A program made the position numbers and the translations under genes. Positions 48,580 through 57,885 of a stretch of DNA of 64,000 nucleotides are shown here, piece by piece. Every line of letters begins with the position of its first letter. The stretch's first letter is position 1. The notes beneath the pieces are model-generated. The model was not told the origin of the DNA and made no database searches. It saw only the letters and a list, made by a program, of their open reading frames with translations. This stretch comes from Candidatus Microgenomates bacterium (GTDB lineage: Bacteria > Patescibacteriota > Microgenomatia > UBA8517): positions 19,646-83,645 of the forward strand of contig JBEKQV010000003.1 in assembly GCA_049519355.1 (NCBI GenBank). Reading direction: 5' to 3'.

Positions 48580-50241
48580 CTAACCTAAGAACCTCTTCCA
48601 GAAGATCACGGCGGTCGCGACGACCACAAGGAGTCCTCCTGCAAATGCCGTCCTTCTCTTTTTGAAGAATCCTATTAATGTTGGAGAAACGAGCGGTTGG
48701 CCTTGCAGCCTTCTTCTGGCGATGACTATCAGCAAATATGTAAGTGTGAGTGACGGAAATATAAAGGCATTAAAATTTTTTACATTTATAGGTGTATTTT
48801 GGGTGCTGAGGCCTAAGACTGCGGGGGAACCGCCCGAACCCTGACTGATTGTGCTACCGATAACGGGAGGTGTAATAAATCCTCCGGCGCCTGCGGGTAA
48901 TTCTACCAGGAAATCGGACTGGGCGAGGTTTGAGGTCGAAGAATCCCCCGATTCGGATTTTCCCGTCGCTGAGGCCTCAAAAATATATTTTCCGGCAACG
49001 GAATCTTTGGGAATTGTCACATTAAAACTGATTTTTACTTTACCGCTTGGTTTAATATCCCCCACCTGCCAGGAAAGAGGCGCAATAATTTTTCCGTCCG
49101 GATCTTTGATGCCGCCGTTGACAACTAAGCTGCGGGCAAATACCGAACTATTATTGTGTACGGTAATGGTTGCCCAAAAAGTATCACCTGGATAAATGAA
49201 TGCTCCCACACTATCCCAAATATCCGTTTCCAGACTTGGAGTTTGGGTATTTGGACCGGGATCGGCGGGCAGTATTACATTTGTGGTGTCGGTACCCGTA
49301 TCGCCGTTTGAGGAGTCCTGTGTGTCGGTTGTTGAACCGGTGGCACTTGCCAGAAGGTCGGTACCGATAGGCGCCGAATCTGAAACATGTCCGGCCAAAT
49401 TAAATGTTTGAGTTTGCCCAGGGTTAAGATTTCCTAAATTCCAAAAAGTGTTAATTGGACCATCCGGAATCACAAGACCCGGAAAGTTAAAGTTAAGATT
49501 AACTCCATTTGCAATTGCGTGTCCCGCATTTGTAATCGTGACGGTATAGTTTTCGGCTCCTCCCGGATAAACGGTATCTTGGTTATCAGTTACCGAGACT
49601 CGGAGTTCAGGATAGGCTGCAATTATATTTCCGCCCCAGTTGCCCAAAATATTAATAATTCCAAAGAAGAATCCTCCTCCAACGCCTGTGAGGTTAGCCA
49701 GAGTAAAGTTATTTGCCAAAGATACGGCATTGCCGGTTAGTAAACTCAGGTTTTTTCCTGTTTGCGAATTGCCGCCGGTATTGGCATTTGAAGATACGTT
49801 GGTAGTGACGGTTGCTTCCTGATTGGAAGTTACGTTGGTTGTTCCCTCTCCCCCCGTAGTTCCCGGGTTTCCGTATTCCGTGGTAAGGTTATAAGTTCCC
49901 GGATCAAAAGTTTGGCTACTTCCCGGTGTACTCCAATTTATAAGACTTCCGGTCCAGTTTCCCGAATAATTTATAATCAGAAAACCTAAACCGTTGCCGA
50001 TTTCTACGACGTTTGCGACTGTTCCGGAACTTGCGGACGAAACGGAATTGCCCGTTGTGATAGTTGTACTTCCTCCGGTTTGATAATTACCTCCCGTGCT
50101 GGCTGTACTTGTGGTTGTTGATGAAACCTCCGCAATTTGGTTCGAATTTACGTTGACATTTCCTGAAGATTCTGTCGGGAGAGAGAGCTGAGTTCCGTTT
50201 GGGAGGATTATATTTCCGTTCCAATCGGCCAATATATTTAT
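48580..50241 (-). pseudogene. 5'-truncated large surface protein (TGxN repeats, DUF11/CARDB-like Ig domains, C-terminal TMs)
   Basis: Starts mid-repeat (IINILADWNGN, cf. internal IINILGNWGGN), no signal peptide, frame closes at the IS200 left end. Confidence 0.7.
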
Positions 50242-50769
50242 AATGTCTTAAGCGGCTATCCACCGCGTTATCAACGCGGGGCAGCAAAGCTCTTTGACGA
50301 TTAATCACTAAATGCGTAGACTGAAGGCATGAAATGCCTGAAGTCTACAGCTCATACTAGGTACGATCTAAGATATCACTTTGTCTTTCTCCCGCATTAC
50401 AGAAAGCGAGTACTGACAGGCAAAGTGGCAAGAAGTATTGAGGGAATGATTAGGTTTGCATCTCAAATCAATGATTGGGAAATATACGAGCTTGCTGTAA
50501 TGCAAGATCACGTACATTTATACCTTGGGGCAAGCCCAAAATGGAGCCCATCCCAGATTATGAAAATAGTTAAAGGTGGGACAAGCAAAAAAATTACAAA
50601 AATGTATCCAAATCTCGATGAAATATACTGGGGCTCCAACTTTTGGGCCGTTGGTTATATGGTTAAATCAGTTGGTGAGGCGACAGACAAAGTGATATCT
50701 GACTACGTTAGAAAACAGAAAGGAGAAATCCTTACGAAAACAACGGACTTTTAGTCCGTTGAAGTTTAT
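50242..50769 (+). mobile_element. IS200-type element (tnpA only), ends approximate
   Basis: Left hairpin CCGCGTT-atc-AACGCGG (50263-50279), right hairpin CAACGGACT-ttt-AGTCCGTTG (50741-50761), TTAT near both ends. Confidence 0.8.
50329..50754 (+). CDS. tnpA: IS200/IS605 Y1 transposase TnpA
   Basis: YHFVF.P.YR, DHVHL (HUH), KGGTS, FWAVGY, YVRKQ catalytic Tyr. Confidence 0.95.
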   Translation: MKCLKSTAHTRYDLRYHFVFLPHYRKRVLTGKVARSIEGMIRFASQINDWEIYELAVMQDHVHLYLGASPKWSPSQIMKIVKGGTSKKITKMYPNLDEIYWGSNFWAVGYMVKSVGEATDKVISDYVRKQKGEILTKTTDF

Positions 50770-50790
50770 TTGCTCCAAGAGGAACATAAC

Positions 50791-50994
50791 ATGAGTTTTC
50801 AACAAGATATAGCCAAAATTTTTAAAGAAGCCAGAGAAAAAGCCGGTCTTACTCAGGCTGAAGTAGCAAAAAAGGCAGGAATTCATGCTAATTATTATGC
50901 CCGCGTTGAAAGAGCAGATCCAGCGGCTAGTGGGGTTATCCTAAATAAGATAGCAAAAGCGTTAGGACTTAAAATTAAACTGCCTCTCGAGTAA
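50791..50994 (+). CDS. XRE-family HTH protein
   Basis: AREKAGLTQAEVAKKAGI...YARVER. Confidence 0.85.
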   Translation: MSFQQDIAKIFKEAREKAGLTQAEVAKKAGIHANYYARVERADPAASGVILNKIAKALGLKIKLPLE

Positions 50995-51050
50995 ACAGAT
51001 TTTCGCTTCTGAATCTATCTTTTAGTTCAATTTTTTCGTATAATAAGCTT

Positions 51051-51173
51051 CGGAAAACCCAGTGTGTTTTGGTTGAAAGAGATTGTTTTCTAGCTCTTTT
51101 TGATCTTGGTACGCAAGCATGAGGTTGTGAATCCAAGGCAGAAAAAGTTCGACCAGAAATGCACCCTGGGCAC
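51051..51173 (+). ncRNA. Compact 6S-RNA-like structured RNA
   Basis: TATAAT at 51039-44; closing stem CCCAGUGUGUUUUGGUUGAA / UUCGACCAGAAAUGCACCCUGGG; central bubble; apical stem CUUGG..CGCAA / UUGUG..CCAAG. Confidence 0.5.
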
Positions 51174-52498
51174 TACTCTTTGTGTTTTTCTTCCCTTCCG
51201 TAGAACTTAATTCTGTCCCCCTTGAAGTGAAGAGGAATACTTTTCAAAGGACCATTTCTATGCTTGGCGATATCAAGCATCATGTTTTCGGAGTTATCAT
51301 CATCTTCTCGCCAAAGAAACATAACCACGTCAGCATCTTGTTCAATTGATCCCGAATCCCGGAGGTCCGAAAGTTGGGGCTTTTTACCACCTCTGGTTTC
51401 AACCGCACGGGATAGCTGTGATATTCCAAGTACAGGAATCTTGAGTTCGCGCGCAAGGTTTTTAAGCCCCTGGGAAATTTCCGAGACTTCCTGGACCCTG
51501 TTTTCCAAATTCCGGCTCCTCGCCAACTGCAAATAATCGACAACAAGAAGATCCAATCCGTTCTCAACCTGAAGTCTCCTGGCTTTTGTTCTCATTTCAA
51601 GAATCGAAAGGGCCGGAGTATCGTCGATAAACAATGGCGCTTCAGCAAGTTCTCCCATAGCATTACTTAACTTTGTAAAATCCTCCTCGGAAAGTTTGCC
51701 AGTTTTAAGCTTCCAGGCATCGATGTCCGCTTGCGAAACCAAGAGTCTGTCTACAAGTTCTTCCCGGCTCATCTCAAGCGAGAAAAATCCAACCGGCCGC
51801 TTAAGCTCTACAGCAACATATTGGCAAATATTCATAGCAAGCGAAGTCTTTCCGACTCCCGGACGGGCCGCCAAAACAATGAGGTTGCTTTTCTGCATTC
51901 CGGCAAGGGCGTCATCGAGGTCGGGAAACCCGGTGGCAACGCCGCGGATACCTTCCCCGCTTTTATGAAGTTCATCAAGCCTATCAAAGCTTTCGGCAAG
52001 AGTATCCCTGACCGAAGTAAAGGCTTTAGTCAAACTCTTCTGGCTAAGTGAAAATATTTCCCTTTCGGCTTCATCCAGCACCTCGGTTGCCCCCATCCCT
52101 TCATCCATCGAAATTTCAACCAACCGGGTGGCCGCACTCATTAAGGCACGTTTTGTTGCGGTATCTTTTACAATCCGGCCATAGTGTTCAACATGCGCGG
52201 CGGTAGGAACTTTATTAGCCAAATCCGCCAGAAATGAAGATGACCCGACCGACTTAAGTGACTTTCTTTTCTTAAGCCTTTCCGTAACAGTGAGGACATC
52301 AATAGGAAGCCTTTCTTCATATAAAGTCAGACAAGCTTCATAAACCTCTTTCAGCCGCTCGTCATAAAAATTTTCTGGAAGTAAAAACTCTGCAACAGCG
52401 ATAACCGCATCCTTATCAATAAGCATTGCCCCAATTACGCTTTCTTCGGCTTCTTGCGAGTGAGGCGGAACCCTAGCTTGATTCGGTTGTGCTGCCAT
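51173..52498 (-). CDS. dnaB: Replicative DNA helicase
   Basis: PPHS.EAE, AARPGVGKT, FSLEM, VDYLQL, SQLSR, LRDSGSIEQDAD, KHRNGP. Confidence 0.97.
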   Translation of the reverse strand: MAAQPNQARVPPHSQEAEESVIGAMLIDKDAVIAVAEFLLPENFYDERLKEVYEACLTLYEERLPIDVLTVTERLKKRKSLKSVGSSSFLADLANKVPTAAHVEHYGRIVKDTATKRALMSAATRLVEISMDEGMGATEVLDEAEREIFSLSQKSLTKAFTSVRDTLAESFDRLDELHKSGEGIRGVATGFPDLDDALAGMQKSNLIVLAARPGVGKTSLAMNICQYVAVELKRPVGFFSLEMSREELVDRLLVSQADIDAWKLKTGKLSEEDFTKLSNAMGELAEAPLFIDDTPALSILEMRTKARRLQVENGLDLLVVDYLQLARSRNLENRVQEVSEISQGLKNLARELKIPVLGISQLSRAVETRGGKKPQLSDLRDSGSIEQDADVVMFLWREDDDNSENMMLDIAKHRNGPLKSIPLHFKGDRIKFYGREEKHKE

Positions 52499-52543
52499 AT
52501 TTATTACTTATATAGACTTCCCCGGGCAGCGTGTAAAGAAGGA

Positions 52544-53197
52544 CTATTTTTTCTCCAGGACAATTACCTTTGTGCTTTGATCTTCCAAAATATCTTCGCG
52601 CCTCAACGTAAATTTCGGTAGATTCTCAACTGTCATACCGATTTCTTTCAAAAATGTATCGAGCGGTTCAACACCGGAAAAAGCCTGAGCATTCATTTCG
52701 GCAGTTTTATAATGCATCGGGATAATAAAATACGGATCAATCTTCCCCACAACCTCAACCGCCTCTTTTGGTCCGATTGTGAACTTTCCGCCGACCGGAA
52801 CCATAAGAACATCAACTGAACCTATCTGATTGACCAGATCGTCACTAAGTGTATGGCCGAGATCCCCAAGATGTGCAACTCTAAGTCCTTCCGATTCGAT
52901 TATGTAAATAGTGTTCTTGCCTCTTTCCGCTCCTTCTTTAGCATCGTGAAACGACGGATAACCAATTATTGAAACTCCCATTATCTCGTACTCGCCCGGA
53001 CCCTCGACAACTTTTTTAACACCCGCAACTTTATCAACTGCGTTATGATCACGGTGAGCATGAGAAACTGTTACTATTTCGCCTTCCACTCCGGAATATT
53101 TGAGACCGACCATTTGAGGATCAAAAGGATCTGTAATAACCGTCGCGGTTTTTGTTTTAATTTTAAAAGAAGAGTGTCCTAAATAAGTAATATCCAT
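52544..53197 (-). CDS. MBL-fold metallohydrolase
   Basis: YLGHSSF, TDPF, SHAHRDH, HLGDLG, IPMHY. Confidence 0.9.
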   Translation of the reverse strand: MDITYLGHSSFKIKTKTATVITDPFDPQMVGLKYSGVEGEIVTVSHAHRDHNAVDKVAGVKKVVEGPGEYEIMGVSIIGYPSFHDAKEGAERGKNTIYIIESEGLRVAHLGDLGHTLSDDLVNQIGSVDVLMVPVGGKFTIGPKEAVEVVGKIDPYFIIPMHYKTAEMNAQAFSGVEPLDTFLKEIGMTVENLPKFTLRREDILEDQSTKVIVLEKK

Positions 53198-53255
53198 TAC
53201 TCATGCACTCTATCAAATTGACAAAAATTTGGCAATAACGTATATTGACGGCTGC

Positions 53256-54269
53256 ATGAGAAAAGAAGTTTATTGGGCTATCGCAATTGGAATTTTATTT
53301 GGACTTGCGGTGGCGTTCGGCGCATGGCGCATTAATTACTCATTAAAATCAAAAACTCCGGCTCCAACTCCAACACCCGGCATTCAAAACACCAACACGT
53401 CCTCAATCACGCTTGATAAACCCGAAAATAATGACGTCGTAACCGTAACTCCACTAACCGTTACCGGAATTACAAAACCTCTTAGCTGGGTTACCGTTTC
53501 CGGAGAAAAGGGAGATTACATTACCCAAAGTGATGAAACAGGAGTTTTTTCGCAAGATGTTGATTTGACACCTGGTGCAAATCAAATTAAAGTCACTTCT
53601 TTGGACTCTCAGGGAAATGAGTCTTCTCAAAAAGTATTGGTTGTTTATTCGGCATCCTTTCAACTAACCCCAAGTTCATCCCCCGTTCCGACAAGCGCAA
53701 CAAGCGAATCCGAGATAAATCAGGAAGTAGCTCAGCAAGTTGCCGAGGCATCAAAAAACCCCAAAGCTTACATCGGAACCGTTACCGATATCGCCGATTC
53801 CACAATACAAATAAAATCAACCGACAGCCAGATACAACAAATATCAATTAGTGCCCCCGGCATCGGTGTCGTAAATCTTAAAGGAACAAATAATAATCAG
53901 ATAAAACTAACTGACATCGCCATTGGAGATTTTATCATCGCGATGGGATATGTTAATTCAAACTCCGTTCTTGATGCACAACGTATCCTGGTTACAGACC
54001 CCCTGGCTCAAGCCCAAATCAACGCGTCCGTAGCCGAGGTTGCAGGCATTTCTAAAAAAACCATAACCGTAACCGATATTAAAAGCGGTACTCAAAGTAC
54101 GCTTACTCCCGACAAAAATACGGATATCGAGTCGTATACCAATGGGAAGGAAAGAGGCTTAAAGATTGCCTCGATAAATCAAAACGACTTGGTAATTATT
54201 GTTCTTGATCAATCGGGTACTCCCGTAATCCTCCGTTCCGTTTTTGACATCGGCGCCTCACAAGGTTAA
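53256..54269 (+). CDS. Single-TM exported protein with Ig-like and OB-like domains
   Basis: TM, PT linker, L.PG.NQI.V Ig motif, repeated GTVT...I..GD domains. Confidence 0.65.
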   Translation: MRKEVYWAIAIGILFGLAVAFGAWRINYSLKSKTPAPTPTPGIQNTNTSSITLDKPENNDVVTVTPLTVTGITKPLSWVTVSGEKGDYITQSDETGVFSQDVDLTPGANQIKVTSLDSQGNESSQKVLVVYSASFQLTPSSSPVPTSATSESEINQEVAQQVAEASKNPKAYIGTVTDIADSTIQIKSTDSQIQQISISAPGIGVVNLKGTNNNQIKLTDIAIGDFIIAMGYVNSNSVLDAQRILVTDPLAQAQINASVAEVAGISKKTITVTDIKSGTQSTLTPDKNTDIESYTNGKERGLKIASINQNDLVIIVLDQSGTPVILRSVFDIGASQG

Positions 54270-54274
54270 GCGAC

Positions 54275-54302
54275 TTGACAGGCCGAAATATCGGCATATA
54301 AT
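54275..54302 (+). promoter_or_regulatory. Consensus sigma70 promoter with palindrome in spacer
   Basis: TTGACA-N16-TATAAT; spacer contains GCCGA-aata-TCGGC. Confidence 0.75.
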
Positions 54303-54308
54303 ACCTTT

Positions 54309-54373
54309 TGTTAGTCCAGCCTCTCGTTCCTTGCTCACCTATATTGGGTGAGCAACGACCGGGAGGTTTTTTT
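54309..54373 (+). ncRNA. Candidate ~65-nt hairpin small RNA or leader terminator upstream of hisS
   Basis: CCTCTCG..TTGCTCACC-tatatt-GGGTGAGCAA..CGGGAGG followed by a T7 tract, directly after the promoter. Confidence 0.5.
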
Positions 54374-54398
54374 GTTTGCGAAATGTTAGAATATTGCT

Positions 54399-55310
54399 AT
54401 GTCAGCTAAGGGTCCGGTTACACCAAAAGGCTTCGGCGACATTATGCCGGAGGAAGCTCTGAAGCGGCGTGTTATGATAAACGCCATTGTTCCCGTGCTT
54501 GAAAAATACGGGTTTAAACCTCTCGAAACTCCTACCGTTGAGTTCGCCGAGACTCTCCTTGGAAAATACGGCGAAGAAGAGAAACTCGTTTACCAATTTG
54601 AAGATAAAGGCGGAAGAAAGTTGGCCTTAAGATACGACCTAACCGTTCCCCTGGCCCGATTCGTAGCCAATAATTTAGGGCTTTTAAAACCGACATTTTC
54701 CCGCTACCAAGTTGGACAATGCTTCCGTGCCGAGAATCCTCAAAAAGGCAGACGGCGTGAGTTTACACAGTTTGATTTCGATACGGTTGGTTCGGATAGT
54801 GTTGGTGAGGATATTCGCGTAATTTCGGCCGCAATTGAAGGAGCCCGTGCAATTGGTTTGAAAGATGCAGTTATGCAAATAAACGACAGAGGGCTTTTTG
54901 ACAAAATCGGTTTTTCTAAAGAAGCAATAACTGCCATAGATAAAATCGATAGAATTGGTAAAAATGCAGTTATCGAGCTTCTCAAAACTATTGATCTGAA
55001 GGAAGCTGAAAGCAAGTTTGAAAAGTTGGAAATGGCCAAGGAAACAGATAGACTCTCACAAATCTTTATGGAGTTGGCAGCCAGGGGTTTTAAAAAGGGT
55101 GAAGATTTTACTTTTGATCCTTACTTAGCCCGTGGACTAAATTACTACACCTCGACAATTTTCGAATTGAAACTTGATAAAACTCCGGGTGGGCTTTCGG
55201 TTGGCGGCGGTGGAAGATATGATGATTTGATCGGAATGTTTGCAGGCAAACCTATCCCCGCTGTAGGATTTTCATTTGGAATTGACCGAATTATCGATCT
55301 TATACCCTAG
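54399..55310 (+). CDS. hisS: Histidyl-tRNA synthetase, catalytic domain only
   Basis: PKGFGD, LRYDLT, FRAENPQKGR.REFTQ, RGLNYYT, GGGRYD, GFSFGIDR; stops right after motif 3. Confidence 0.88.
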   Translation: MSAKGPVTPKGFGDIMPEEALKRRVMINAIVPVLEKYGFKPLETPTVEFAETLLGKYGEEEKLVYQFEDKGGRKLALRYDLTVPLARFVANNLGLLKPTFSRYQVGQCFRAENPQKGRRREFTQFDFDTVGSDSVGEDIRVISAAIEGARAIGLKDAVMQINDRGLFDKIGFSKEAITAIDKIDRIGKNAVIELLKTIDLKEAESKFEKLEMAKETDRLSQIFMELAARGFKKGEDFTFDPYLARGLNYYTSTIFELKLDKTPGGLSVGGGGRYDDLIGMFAGKPIPAVGFSFGIDRIIDLIP

Positions 55311-55312
55311 TT

Positions 55313-56236
55313 ATGAATCCTGCCAGAAAGCGTGCCTATCTTGAACTAATTTTGGTTGCCGCAATTTGGGGTATTGCCTCCGCCGTAATAAAATTCGGCC
55401 TTCGGGAGCTCACTCCATTTCTATTTCTGACTTACAGATTTTTTCTGACAATCTTAATCTTGCTGCCTTTTTATCTTTTTTCCAAAAACAAAAGTTTCGG
55501 CGGAATAAAAAAACTTCCTCTCATTCTTTTAATCTCGGTTTTGACAACGACCCTAAACCTTGGCCTCCTCTTTCTGGGTACTAATTTGACTACTGCCCTT
55601 GATCAATCAATAATCGCCGCCTCTTCCCCGATTCTTGTAATATTCGGCGGCTGGTTAATTCTCCACGAACACGTAACCAAGCGTGAACAGTTGGGAATTC
55701 TAATTACGATTCTCGGCACAATAATTATCACAATCCAACCACTCTTGCATACAACCAGCGAAATGGGAAACCTATTGGGAAATTTATTGGTTTTCGGCTC
55801 AAACTTTGCCTGGGTCGGCTACGCCCTTCTGGCCAAGAAAGCTCTGAGAGAGGGCATCTCACCTTTTAACTTGACCTTTGTTTCTTTTATTGTGGGTTTC
55901 ATCACCTGCCTACCCTTGGCTTTTTTGGAAGTCAAAAACTTTAATCTTATAGCACCAATTGTAAAAATTACCCTCTCGGCCCATTTGGCTGTCTTATATA
56001 TGGCGGCTTTGTCCGGAGGGCTGGCATACTATCTTTACACCAAGGCTCAAAAGACTATCGAAACCTCGGAAGCCTCACTTTTTATATATTTGCAGCCGAT
56101 TTTTACTGCACCCGTGGCCTTCTTCTGGCTGGGTGAGAAATTTACCTGGGTATTTATCCTGGGATCGGTAATAGTTGCCGCAGGTGTTATTCTTGCCGAA
56201 TGGAAGAAAAAAAGGTATAATTCTTCCTCAGTATAA
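55313..56236 (+). CDS. DMT/EamA-family transporter
   Basis: Ten TMs, two EamA repeats (IWG, LHE, LGEK). Confidence 0.9.
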   Translation: MNPARKRAYLELILVAAIWGIASAVIKFGLRELTPFLFLTYRFFLTILILLPFYLFSKNKSFGGIKKLPLILLISVLTTTLNLGLLFLGTNLTTALDQSIIAASSPILVIFGGWLILHEHVTKREQLGILITILGTIIITIQPLLHTTSEMGNLLGNLLVFGSNFAWVGYALLAKKALREGISPFNLTFVSFIVGFITCLPLAFLEVKNFNLIAPIVKITLSAHLAVLYMAALSGGLAYYLYTKAQKTIETSEASLFIYLQPIFTAPVAFFWLGEKFTWVFILGSVIVAAGVILAEWKKKRYNSSSV

Positions 56237-56243
56237 GAAACAT

Positions 56244-56552
56244 ATGAAAGCTAAAATCCATCCTACATGGTTCCCGGAAGCGAAGGTTATTTGTGCCTGT
56301 GGAAATACATTCACGACAGGGGCAACCGTGCCGGAAATTCATGTTGAAATTTGCTACAACTGCCATCCTTTTTATACAGGCACAATGAAATTTGTTGACA
56401 CTGCCGGACGCGTTGATGCCTTTAAGGCTAAAATGGCCGGCGCCGTAAAACATATCAGCAAAACCGAAAAAAGGAGAGCCAAAAAGCTTAAGAAACTTGC
56501 AGAAGAGGCAGCTCGTCCGGAGTCGCTTGCTGAGCTCAGAAAGCAAGTTTAA
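56244..56552 (+). CDS. rpmE: 50S ribosomal protein L31 (Zn-binding type, basic C-terminal extension)
   Basis: [28 protein letters not shown]. Confidence 0.95.
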   Translation: MKAKIHPTWFPEAKVICACGNTFTTGATVPEIHVEICYNCHPFYTGTMKFVDTAGRVDAFKAKMAGAVKHISKTEKRRAKKLKKLAEEAARPESLAELRKQV

Positions 56553-56562
56553 TTAACCGTTC

Positions 56563-57255
56563 ATGGAACCTCAAACTGCATACTTGGAAATAAGAGGTGC
56601 GACAGGTGGCGATGAAGCCAAACTTTGGGGACAGGATCTTCTCCGCATGTACATCCGCTTTGTTCAGAAAAAAGGCTGGAAAGTGCTCCAAGTGGCCGAT
56701 TCGGTAATAAAAATAACGGGCCCCGGAGTCTTTGACAGTCTTAAAAATGAATCGGGAGTTCATAGAGTCCAGCGCGTGCCGGTAACTGAAAAACGCGGTA
56801 GAATCCACACCTCCACAGCCACGGTTGTTGTTCTTCCCGAAATTAAGGAAAACGAAATCCAAATTAGTCCAAATGACCTTGAGTGGAGTTTCACCAGAGC
56901 TGGAGGTCATGGAGGTCAAAATGTAAACAAAGTTTCGACTGCAGTCAGACTAATTCATAAACCAACCGGTACCGTTGTAGAAGCCCGCGAGGAACGTTTC
57001 CAGGAGCAAAACCGCCAGATAGCCCTTTCGCTACTTAGATCCAAGCTTTGGGAAAAACAGGAAGAGGAAAAAATGCAGACAGTTGCAGGCTACAGAAGCG
57101 TAATCGGGCACGGAATGAGAGCCGAAAAGATACGCACTTACAACTTCCCGCAGGACAGGGTTACCGACCACCGGATAGGCAAAAGCTGGGGCAAGCTGGA
57201 AACAATAATGGATGGGAATTTAGACCGTGTTATAGAGCTTACCAAGAACATTTAA
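56563..57255 (+). CDS. prfA: Peptide chain release factor 1, lacking N-terminal domain 1
   Basis: [24 protein letters not shown] (PxT), [32 protein letters not shown]; follows rpmE. Confidence 0.85.
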   Translation: MEPQTAYLEIRGATGGDEAKLWGQDLLRMYIRFVQKKGWKVLQVADSVIKITGPGVFDSLKNESGVHRVQRVPVTEKRGRIHTSTATVVVLPEIKENEIQISPNDLEWSFTRAGGHGGQNVNKVSTAVRLIHKPTGTVVEAREERFQEQNRQIALSLLRSKLWEKQEEEKMQTVAGYRSVIGHGMRAEKIRTYNFPQDRVTDHRIGKSWGKLETIMDGNLDRVIELTKNI

Positions 57256-57363
57256 CCCTCAAAGAATTGACTTTTGACTCCAAATTTGTTACTATAGGGC
57301 AGATTCAAATTGCTGGAATCACAACTTTTTATTCTGTTCACACTAACCTAAGGAGGCGGTGTA

Positions 57364-57795
57364 ATGAGAAGGCTGATCGGTTTGCTCGTTATCACGGTAC
57401 TTGGTTTATTTTCAACGGGGTGTGCTACGGTGAAGCAGGACATAAAAACAGACGAGGCGCTCAACCATGTCATTATTACCATGGATCCTTGCCCCGCCGG
57501 CTCGGGCCTGAAAGGCATCTGCATTCACAGACACACAGCGGAAAGTCTGGTCCTGAACTCTGGAGATTTAATCGGACTTACTGCTACGGGTTTCCCCTAC
57601 GCAGTCATTTCCGGACCATCAGGATCGGATTTCGGTTTCTTGAGAGACCAAGGCAATACGGCCGTAGTTTCGTCTGACGGTAAGCTCGTTCTTACTCACA
57701 AAGATGGAATTGAGTCCGTCAGCTTCTGGGTTACCAAATGCCCGGAAGATTGTCCGATCATCGTGGACATAGACAACTACGGTCCATCGAAGTGA
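57364..57795 (+). CDS. Putative lipoprotein
   Basis: AAGGAGG SD; MRR-hydrophobic-LFSTGC lipobox. Confidence 0.65.
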   Translation: MRRLIGLLVITVLGLFSTGCATVKQDIKTDEALNHVIITMDPCPAGSGLKGICIHRHTAESLVLNSGDLIGLTATGFPYAVISGPSGSDFGFLRDQGNTAVVSSDGKLVLTHKDGIESVSFWVTKCPEDCPIIVDIDNYGPSK

Positions 57796-57801
57796 GAAAC
57801 A

Positions 57802-57858
57802 GGGCGTACCTGGCATGCAATTATTTTTTATTTTTGCAATTATCCGCCAGGTACGCCC
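57802..57858. terminator. Inverted repeat between convergent genes (terminator-like)
   Basis: Perfect 13-bp arms GGGCGTACCTGGC / GCCAGGTACGCCC with inner TGCAA/TTGCA. Confidence 0.55.
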
Positions 57859-57885
57859 AGCTCCACCCACTTTTTGCTTCAAAAT

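Noticed and set aside
50329-51173. TnpB/IscB with omega RNA linked to the IS200
   Set aside because: No TnpB ORF; the right-end hairpin directly follows tnpA, so the 51051 RNA lies outside the element
51173-52498. Intein in DnaB
   Set aside because: Normal length of 441 aa with contiguous motifs
54309-54373. SRP RNA or T-box
   Set aside because: No GNRA/GGAA-capped SRP domain IV and no T-box AAnnnGG/GGTGG motif; too short
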